A DNA stretch of 64,000 bases from Octopus vulgaris (lineage: Eukaryota), in NCBI GenBank assembly GCA_951406725.2, contig OX597819.1, positions 108,934,001-108,998,000 on the forward strand. The letters are read 5' to 3'. A program made the translations under genes and the position numbers. Below the pieces are notes generated by a model, which ran no database searches, was not told the origin of the DNA, and saw only the letters and a program-made list of their open reading frames with translations. Shown one piece after another: positions 54,740-64,000 of this stretch. How positions within the stretch are numbered: the first letter of the stretch is position 1; each line of letters opens with the position of its first letter.

Positions 54740-55740
54740 ATAGCTAAGTGGTCTATATCTCACAGAGGTACCTACTTACAGCCTGGTGAACCGTGCCTCA
54801 CTTGCACCTAGGTGGGTTCTTTATACATAAATACGACGAGCTTCTTTCAGTTTCCATCAACCAAATCCACTCACAAGGCTTTGGTCGGCCCAAGGCTATA
54901 GTAGAAGACACTTGCCCAAGGTGCCACGCAGTGGGACTGAACCCGGAACCATGTGATTGGTAAGCAAGCTACTTACCACACAGCCACTCCTGTAAACTGT
55001 ACTGCACAGTGGCACCTATTTACAGCTAGATAGACTGTATCTCAAAGAGGTGCCGACTTATCGCTAGGTAGACTGCACCAGTGGTACCTACCTACAACTT
55101 GATGGACTGAACCTTAAAGTGGTACCTGCTTACATCTATGTGGACTGTACCTAACAGTGGTACGTACTTACAGCTAGATAGACTACGTCTCAAAGAGGTA
55201 CCACCTACTTACAGCTAGGTAGATTGCAGCACACAGTGGTACCTACTTGCAGTCAGATGAACCATACCTGACAGTGGGACCCATATGCAATAAGTTGAAG
55301 TCATCTCCACGTAATGGCTACTTCCAGTTATGTGAACTGCACCCTATATGGTACTTACTTACAACTTGGTAGGTTGTACTCCAAATTACTACTTACAATA
55401 AGGTGAAATGATCTCCTTGTGATACTTACTAACAGCCAGGTGGACTCTACCAAACAGTAATACTATTAAAGATAGATACTGTACCACAAGCGTACCTACT
55501 TGCAATTTGGTGGGCTGTACTTAGTACTACCTACTTATACCTAGATGAACTGAACGTCATAGTGGTACCTACATACTAGATGGACTGTACTTCATAATAG
55601 TAATTAATTACAGCAAGGTGGATTATAGTTCTCAGTAGTACCTCCTTGGACTGTACCTCATTAAATGTAGATATCCCGCTATGGTCACTACGGTATATAC
55701 AGCTTCAAGGACTGTACTTCACTGTGCTACCTACTTACCT
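54740..55740. repeat. Degenerate ~38-bp tandem array (GGTACCTACTTACAGCTAGGTGGACTGTACCTCACAGT-like), roughly 20 units
   Basis: GGTACCTACTTACA and GACTG recur at regular spacing; interrupted by a SINE A 5' half. Confidence 0.85.
54825..54991 (-). mobile_element. SINE family A 5' half
   Basis: Head to microsatellite only. Confidence 0.88.
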
Positions 55741-56632
55741 TTGAGCGGACTCAGCTACTGAGAGCGAGTCTCTTGACCACTGACTCAACTCAGCATTGAC
55801 AAACAGGACTTGAAGCATAGTCCTCTGACCAAGCAGCTCTGTAAGCTATCGTCTCTTCCATAATACTCTCTGCAAACCAACTGTAAGATCAGTTTAAGAA
55901 GAGCTGGAGGTTGGGTATCAAGTGACTCAAGCAGTTGTCATCTTCTACTTAAAACAATTTTGCTCCAGCTTGGCTGTCTTGCAAAAGAGAACTGCCTTAC
56001 TGAGCAGCAACAAAACCAGAAGCAGCAGCAACAACAACACTGGTCGTCATTGCCGTCGTCGTCACCGCCACCACACCCTCATCATCGTTTCATCATCGTT
56101 GTTGTCATCAACGTTATTGTCAGTATCATGTCTGAAGCACTTGTTTGTAAATATAGTCCTAGATAGGCGTGTCCAAATCAAAATGATAAGATTGTAACAA
56201 TTGGGAGGTCTTTGATCCTAGATTTGCTTGATCAGAGCTAAACTAAACTGAGATTAAACAACGAAACAACAACAGCAATAACCACAAACATCATTATCAC
56301 CTCACTATGAAAACATAACGTACTTGAACCAACAATGGAGCCTCTTAACAAATATAGCAGCCAAATCTTCCTCGAATCACATCCTACCTTTTTAAAGTGA
56401 CACGTTAAATAGGTGTCTCTTAAAAAAAGATGGGCGGGTTGAAATATCTTTCATTATAGTTCTGTTAAGTTTTGGCCAGCTTTGATGAAACAACAACAGG
56501 AAATACCCCAAGAGAAAGACAGATGTCCATATTGAGAAAATAATGACCAACCAACTGATTTGTTTGGAGAGATGTTGTTATGACATTCGCCTGTTTATAA
56601 AGTGAGATCTGGGCAACACAGCAGCAGCAACA

Positions 56633-57002
56633 GTGGAGGCGCAATGGCCCAATAGTTAGGGCAGCGGACTAGCGGTCGGAGGATCGCGGTTTCGATTCCC
56701 AGACCGGGCGTTGTGAGTGTTTATTGAGCGAAAACACCTAAAGCTCCACGATGCTCCGGCAGGGGGTGGTGGCGACCCCTGTTGTACTCTTTCGCTCCAA
56801 CTTTCTCTCACTCTTTCTTCCTGTTTCTTGTCCCCGACTTCCTACGCAACCGCTGAGCCTGAATGCGCATTCACCCATCCGTCGATGCTCTCGGTATCGG
56901 GGGTTGACCTGCTTTCTCTTCTGCGGGTCTTACGAATAGCAAAGGACCACGTTTCGGACTTCTCCCATCTTGCGAGCTCTGGGACGAAGACCGTTCGCTC
57001 AA
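56633..57002 (+). mobile_element. SINE family D, tail variant 2
   Basis: Head matches the 28889 copy up to about 56820, then an unrelated tail; possible TSD CAGCAGCAACA at 56622-56632 and 57003-57013. Confidence 0.88.
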
Positions 57003-57105
57003 CAGCAGCAACATCAGTGGCAGCTTTTGCAATATAAAAGAAATACTATCGTCAGCAGACTAGCACCACTGACATTATCATTTCTCTCCTATCATCACCA
57101 CTACT

Positions 57106-57544
57106 CAGGGCCGGATTAAGACCCATAGAGGCCCTAAGCACTTAAAAGGTTTTGGTGCCCTCAAGTATATGTAAATGATTCAAAATGTAAACAAAAATAA
57201 TTCAAAATGTAAACAGTAATAAACTATAAAATAACTTTTTATTTTTCAAGACGAAACAAAACAGTAAGATGGAAAATAATGTTAATTTTTGTAAGCTTCC
57301 ACTTTATTTATATTTGAAAAGTTTCCTCCTCGTTTTTTTTTTTCTTGCAAAGTGTTCGATGATATCGTTAAAATCAATTTTACGATACTTCTATACTTAA
57401 TAGCGATAAGGTATTACGAATATTATTTTAGCAAGTTTAAAGTGAATTCTTTTGTGCCGTAAACCATTTTCATTTCTGTGGTGCCCCTGTCCCTTGATGC
57501 CCTAAGCACGTGCTTATTTTGTTTAATGGGTTAATCCAGTGCTG
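57106..57544. mobile_element. hAT-derived MITE
   Basis: TIRs CAGGGCCGGATTAA / TTAATCCAGTGCTG (11/14 match); degenerate TSD CCACTACT / CCACAACG; the minus strand keeps KIDFNDIIEHFARKK. Confidence 0.82.
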
Positions 57545-57549
57545 CCACA

Positions 57550-59590
57550 ACGTCCATCAATACCATTATCATCGTCACCAACTTCATCATCATTACCACC
57601 GCTATCTTCATCACAATGACTATCAACACCAACATTATCGTACCATTACTATCACACCGATATTATCATCATCACCACCACTACTATCTCCATTATCATC
57701 CCAACATTATCGTTACCAAAGCTATCACACCAACACTATCATCATCACAATCACTATCATCGCCAACATTATCGTTACTAACGCTATCACGCCAATTCTA
57801 TCATCATCACCACTATTTTCATTGTCAACATTATTATCACAATCACTATCATCACTAACGCTATCACTATCAACACTATCACTTCAACACTATTACCAAC
57901 ACCACTATCATCAACATCACAATCACCGTGTCCACCACTATCTTCATCAATAGCGCTATTGCCGTTCCCACTATTATAATCAACATTATCATCACCATCA
58001 CTATCATCACCAGTATCATCATTACCAACATTATCACTTCAAAACTATGATTAACGCCACTATAATTACCACTACGACTATTATCGTTAGCACCACATTA
58101 TTGTCCACCAACATTATCATCACCACAACAACTATTGGCACCACCGCCACCACCACCAACGCCGCTGCCGTCAATTCTGCAACTACCTCCAATGCTACAG
58201 ACACACAAAGTACACATAACCTTCAAAACTTGCAACACTGCGGTAAGAAACAGCTGCAGTATCAACAACAACATTGACAACAATAACAACAACCACAACA
58301 TTGACGACAAAAACAGCCATCAAAGAGCGGCGTCTCAAAATAACATCACAGCTTCCTTCTTTCGCTTTGTTGTTGTTATTTAACACCGGGACGCGTAATG
58401 ACTGACCATTGTCACTTTTTAAATAGCTGCGACTACATTGTCTTGGTGTGTGTCCAGATTTATTTTAAGAGTGGCGTGCGTGATCTGGGGAGAACTTTGA
58501 CTACTGTTTCTAGCAAGTTCAGCGATCGTGTAAAGGCTTCCTCGTTGATTCAGTGCAGTCGAGAAGACGATGGTGATGGTGATGGTTATGTTTGTGACAA
58601 TGTAGGTGACATCAATGAGTGTTAGTTGTTGTGACGACGGCGGCGGTGGCGACGGTGGTGGTGATAGTGGTGGTGCTGGTGCTGGTGGTGCTGGTGCTGG
58701 TGGTGCTGGTGATAGTGGTGGTGGTGGTGGTGGTGGTGATAGTGGTGGTGGTGGTGGTGATAGTGGTGGTGGTGGTGGTGGTGGTGGTGGCGGTGGTGGT
58801 GGTGGCGGTGCTGGTGCTGGTGCTGGTGCTGGTGGCGGTGGTGGCAGCGGCGACAGTGACGGTGGCGGCGGCGGCAGTGGCAGTGGCGGCAGTGGCTGCG
58901 GCAGTGGCGGCGGCAGTGGCAGTGGCGGCGGCAGTGGCAGTGGCGGCGGCAGTGGCAGTGGCGGCGGTGGTGATGGTGGTGGTAGTTTTGGTGGCGGTAG
59001 CGATGGTGATGGTTGTACTGGTATCGTTGTTTGTTTTTGTTGCAGTTGTTGCTGTTGCGGTGGTGGCGAAGGTGGTGATGTTACGGTGATGATACGGTTG
59101 TTTTTGTTTAAACTCGTCAACCCTGATCGAGCAGAGCTATGAGTCAAAGACTTTCGGACCTTAACCATCCGGTCTTTCTTGTTTGTTTGTTTCTTTCTTT
59201 CTTTCTTCACATCTTTCGTATGTCCAGAACCACATACTTTTTAAAGACGATACAATGTGAACCGAGAAAGATTTGGCTGCCATTTCTAGGAGGTCAAATG
59301 ACCAAGTAGAAGCTTCTCTTTAATTGTGAAGTTTAGGCCGGCTCTTGTGGTGGCGATGGTGGAGGTGGTGGCAGTGGTGTTGGTGATGGCAGTGGCGGTG
59401 GTGTTGGTGGTGGTGGTGGTGGTGGTAATGGTAGAGTAGGAGGAGATGAAGAGGGGTGATGGTTGGCAGTAAACGGTTATAGTGAGATGATGATGGTGGT
59501 GTTGGAAATGAAGATGATACAAATGTTGTTGTTGTTGTTGTTGTTGTGGTGGTGGTGGTGGTGGTGGTGGTGTTTGGTGGTTGAGGTGGT
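57550..59590. repeat. Degenerate (CAT/CAC)n tract followed by (GGT/GGC)n tracts
   Basis: 57550-58320 is C/A-rich; 58570-59090 and 59345-59590 are G/T-rich. Confidence 0.9.
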
Positions 59591-59944
59591 GATGACTGAA
59601 GGAGATTAGTCAATGGAAGAGTGGACAGTTGCCCGTACCCAGGTGATACTGATGTGATGAGGAGTTCAGTTTGATACCTATGGACCTGAGTAGGGATGAT
59701 GTCCTAGAGCATCAAAACTTCTAGGGAAGCAATGTTGAGCAAGTTATTCAATGCTGCATAAGAGTGAATGAAGGGTTGCACAATTTGCTGCAGCTAGGAA
59801 TAGGTACCCTTGAAGCTTTTGTCATCACAACCCGCATGAGGTGAAGGAAGAAAGAGAAGCAGGTTTTTCAGATGTGCAGGAATGGAGGGCAGATGTGCTA
59901 GATGAGTGCTGTGCACTCGATAAAGGTTTTCTTTGATTTTTTTC

Positions 59945-60135
59945 CTCTTGTTTCTGTCATTGGACTGTGGGCATCCTGAGGCTCCATCTTAGAGTATTCA
60001 GTCAATCATATCAACCCCAGTGCTTTTTTTTTTTTGAGCCTGATACATATTCTCGTGGTCTCTTTTGCCAAAATGCGAGGTTATGGAAACATAAACACAC
60101 CAACACTGGTTGTCAAGCAGTGGTGGGGACAAACA

Positions 60136-60182
<47 letters not shown>

Positions 60183-60368
60183 GTGTGTGTGTGTGTGTGG
60201 CACGTAAAAAGCACCCACTACACTCTCGGAGTGGCTGGCGTTAAGAAGGGCATCCAGCTGTAGAAACTCTGCCAGATCAAGATTGGAGCCTGGTGCAGCC
60301 ATCTGGTTCGCCAGCCCTCAATCAAAATCGTCCAACCCATGCTAGCATGGAAAGCGGACGTTAAACGA

Positions 60369-60424
<56 letters not shown>

Positions 60425-60570
60425 GACAGGCTTCTTTCGGTTTCCAGCTGCCAGATCCACTCACAGGGTTCTGTGTAGAAAGCACTTGCTCAAGGTGTCA
60501 TGCAGTGGGACTGAACTCAGAACCATGTAGTCGGGAAACAAACTATTTACTACACAACCATGCTTGCACC
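59945..60570 (-). mobile_element. SINE family A with nested LINE tail; further head remnants to about 60843
   Basis: Tail at 59945-60135, head at 60420-60570. Confidence 0.8.
60198..60372 (+). mobile_element. RTE-type LINE 3' tail
   Basis: Reverse complement of about 16735-16920; ends CATGCTAGCATGGAAAGCGGACGTTAAACGATGAT. Confidence 0.85.
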
Positions 60571-60960
60571 TATCCATACCTAGTACGAATTCTGCCAGTT
60601 CTGTTTTTACCAAACTGCAATGGGCTTCCACATAGTTTCAATCTACCAAATTCACTTACAAGATATTGGTTGACCTGGAGTGAAAGAAGAAGATATTTGC
60701 TCAAAATGCCTCTGCACATTGGGATTGAACCTGTTACCATGTAGTTGCTAAACAAACTTGTGCACGGTACCATACAGTGAGACTGAACCTGAGACTGAAT
60801 CGTTGGGAAGGAAACTTCTTACCATACAGCCACGCCTGTGCCTATAATTTGGTCATAATTTATTTTCAACCCTAATACAACACAAAGTCAAAAACCTAGA
60901 TTAAATGAGGTTGAAATCTAGGCTGCTGATGTTACAATATCAGCTGTCATTTATAGACTA

Positions 60961-62451
60961 CTAGCAGCTAAGCCCGGTTTCACCCGGTCTGTTTGGACGA
61001 TATGGCTGTGATCGTTTTCGGTTAGGCAACAGCGTTTCTCAACCTTATCATTTCGGGTCCCCTGTTTCGATTGATGCCTCCAAGTGTATGAAAATTTCCT
61101 GACCTCGCCACCTTGTCAGAAAACAGCTTCAGGAGTTGTGAAGAACGAACTTGTACGTAGTCTGTTTCTGAGAACTATTCTATTGGACCTCTGTCTAATC
61201 ATTAAAACATTGGGCGATCTTTCGATATGGGAACACATGACTTATAAACCACGTGTGTTTATTTATATTTTTGAAGATGATCGTCGGTTTCCGTAAAACT
61301 TTGTGGGGAACGGGGATCTTTTGAAGTCGGTGTGAAAGCGAAAGAGACAGGGAGGGCGCGATTGTATGAGTGTTTTTATTGAAGCATGAAGAATTGATGT
61401 GCGTGCGTGTGTGTGTGAGAGAGAGAGTGTGTGTGTATGTGAGAGACAGTGTGTGTGTGAGAGAGTGTGACTCAGTGTGTGTGTGTTTGATGGGGTGTGC
61501 GAGACAGAATGTGTGGTATGTATGTGAATTGCTTTTGTGAGTGTGCGTGAAGAGACAGAGAGAGTAATGTTGCTGGTGTGTGTGTGTGTATGAGAGAGAG
61601 AGAGAGATAACTGAAATTTTTCATCCACTTTTTGTAGTGAGTGAATGTGTGAGTGATTGACAGAGAAAAAGTGAGAGAGGTTATGTATGTATGTATAAAT
61701 GGCTTCAGTGACACACACACACATGCATGCATACACGCAGGTTGTTATGTATGTATGTATGTATGTATGTATGTATGTATGTATGTATGTATGTGCTTAT
61801 GTATCTATGAATGGCCAAGAGAGAGTTAACTGAAATTTTTTATTCACTTTTTGTAGTGAGTGAATTTGTGAGCGACTGACAGAGAAAAGGAGAGAGAGGT
61901 TATGTATGTATGTATGTATGAATGAATGGCTTTGGCTGACTTTCATCCTGTACTCACCTTGTTGCTAGCGAAATGGTATATAAGGCGGCGAGCTGGCAGA
62001 AACGTTAGCACGCCGGGCGAAATGCGTAGCCGTATCTCGTCTGCTGTTACGTTCTGAGTTCAAATTCCGCCGAGGTCGACTTTACCTTTCATCCTTTCGG
62101 GGTCGATAAATTAAGTACCAGTTACGCACTGGAGTCGATGTAATCGACTTCATCCGTTTGTCTCCTCTGTGTTTAGCTCCTTGTGGGTAGTAAAGAAATA
62201 GGTATATGCCGGCTGTGTGAGCAACTGGTTGTTTTAATGGTGGAACAAACAGGGGAATTCTATTAGAAAAAGTTTTAATCGATTTTCTTGGTAACTATGG
62301 GGTCTAGGAAAAAAATACAAACTGCATTCCAATCTATGCACCCGTCTTCACATGTGTGCCATTTTCCACTTGAATCTACCCTGACATTTGGCTGTGAACC
62401 TCAAGACAAGAAAGAATACAACGATTGCCCATGTCCAATTTATATTATAGA
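60961..62451 (-). mobile_element. Non-autonomous Helitron-like element H5
   Basis: A|CTAG at 60960-60964 plus hairpin CCGG-tttcac-CCGG; far end TATATTATAGA (5' TC on the minus strand); internal ~110-bp duplication at about 61600-61710 and 61815-61935; nested SINE B. Confidence 0.75.
61982..62200 (+). mobile_element. SINE family B
   Basis: Full length; flanked by GGTATAT on both sides. Confidence 0.92.
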
Positions 62452-62757
62452 CTAGCTATTTTGACCCGTGCTTCGCACGGGTTTTCATGGTGATGTTGTT
62501 TTGTGCGTGTTGTCTCCTTTTCCCTTTCTTCTTTTGTTCGTCTTCTTTGCCTTTCCCATATTCCTCACCATGGCAACCAAACGGTAGCCCCGAGCGACTT
62601 GCAACCCTCCTCATACCATTGCCCACCCCATTTTACTCCCCAGTGTAAATTTTGGTGCCAATCCGACCCCATCAACCGCCCCTTAAACCTTTCCCATCCC
62701 AAAATGAGACAAATAACCAAGAAATCAAACAACTTTTTCGCATTTCAGCTTTATAGA
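62452..62757 (-). mobile_element. Short Helitron-like element H6 abutting H5
   Basis: CTAG at 62452-62455 plus hairpin ACCCGTGC-ttc-GCACGGGT; far end TTTATAGA|T (may extend to 62763). Confidence 0.78.
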
Positions 62758-63093
62758 TATTGATAAGAAATTTACTTTATTGATGCATGACAATTCATAA
62801 TCATTTGATATAAGCAATCTGTAAGTAACTTGTAGTTTATTTCTTTAGTTTTTTCAGTCATGGCCAAATGATTAAGTAGTTTCCTATGCAATGACATGAT
62901 CTTGGGTTCAATTCTGTAGCATGGTATCTTTTACCACAACATTAGGTTGGCCTAAGCTTTGTGAATGAAAATAGATTGGCAGTAGCCTGTCTATCCAGTT
63001 TGAATCACTTGTATAGAAGTTCATCAAGTAGATTCAGAGGTACAGCATTATCACATACAGCATCAAGCTAATTCTGTCTGATGGTTACATTAA

Positions 63094-63575
63094 CTTTTGA
63101 TACCAATCCACCTGAAATTGCCCATGGGTTTTGTGATACAAACGTCCTGTTTTAACCCTTTAGCATTGTCAAATGTAATGTTTATTTATACACATTAATC
63201 ATCATCATCATCATCATCATTATCATCATCCTCACTTAATTTCTGGCTTCCATGGTGGCAATTAATCATACATTATCACATAGCTTCAAGATTTCAAAGA
63301 TGTGATTGCTTAGAATGGCATTGTTGGGTAGGTGTAAGAGGCCAGATTTTGACAGTTTGAACATAAAACAAGGAGAATATTTGGGCCAGATGTGGCCAGT
63401 TTAAAAGCTAAAGAGTTAAAATGATCTTAATTAAAACCTTCTTGCAAAATTTCATGTTAATTCAGGTTCCAAATACCAGCTTAATAATAATAAAATTATT
63501 TCAATAAATTCTTTATTATTTTCAAAATTAATGGAAAGAAAAACAGTAGTTCAACAAAAATATGATAACAAAGGG
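63094..63575. mobile_element. piggyBac-like MITE containing a second TTAA MITE (63156-63415)
   Basis: Outer TTAA-CTTTTGATACCA..TGATAACAAAGGG-TTAA; inner TTAA-CCCTTTAGC..GCTAAAGAG-TTAA. Confidence 0.72.
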
Positions 63576-63824
63576 TTAAAGGTATCTTTGGAATACTCAG
63601 CCACTTAATTGTTAATTTAATTAGCAAGTAATTCACTTGATTGAACAACTGATTCCTCATAATCAAACAGAGATTCAGTCAATATTTACACCTGAGTTGT
63701 TGGCTCAGCACAGCATCTCCCTTTATTACAGCAGCAACCAATTGAATGATGACTACTATTATCTTCAATTATTGTACTTAATTATTTTTATTCATTTTAT
63801 AATGTCTAACATTGGCATCATTTT

Positions 63825-63970
63825 GGCGAGCTGGCAGAATCATTAGCATGCTAGGCAGGTATGTGTCCATCTTTATGTTCTGAGTTCAAATTCAACTTTG
63901 TCTTTCACCCTTTCAAGATCAATGAAATAAGTACCTGTTGAGCCCTAGAGTTGATATAATCAACTTAACT
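63825..63970 (+). mobile_element. SINE family B, diverged and partial
   Basis: GGCGAGCTGGCAGAATCATTAGC..TTCTGAGTTCAAATT. Confidence 0.75.
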
Positions 63971-64000
63971 AGTCCTAGGTAAGAGCATAAAAACAGCATC

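Noticed and set aside
54740-55740. CRISPR-like array
   Set aside because: The whole unit is repeated and degenerate, with no unique spacers and no cas genes; eukaryotic context.
58419-59210. Gly-rich (+) and Pro-rich (-) ORFs as structural-protein or formin-like exons
   Set aside because: Pure (GGT/GGC)n low complexity, open in several frames, overlapping a dispersed repeat; no domain or splice support.

Overview
Eukaryotic, AT-rich, almost entirely repetitive DNA. I find no intact host protein-coding gene; most ORFs in the track are microsatellite translation artefacts. The extreme microsatellite load and the tRNA-derived SINE families suggest an octopus (coleoid cephalopod) intron or intergenic region; this is an inference from repeat style, not a database match. 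Contents: (1) about 17 copies of a ~400-bp SINE with an internal microsatellite, plus three other tRNA-headed SINE families and one old ~200-bp repeat; (2) a 2.94-kb hAT transposon with TIRs, a perfect 8-bp TSD and a frameshifted ZMYM1-like transposase, plus two related MITEs; (3) six non-autonomous Helitron-like elements, two joined head-to-tail; (4) mariner, piggyBac-like, RTE, CR1-like and Penelope-like remnants. Most interesting: three copies of a ~200-bp element carrying a minimal hammerhead ribozyme motif, two of them forming an inverted repeat around (TA)n; a ~38-bp tandem array resembling part of a SINE CORE domain; SINEs sharing heads but with swapped tails; and several long hairpins. 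All coordinates were read by eye; the ends of degraded elements are approximate.
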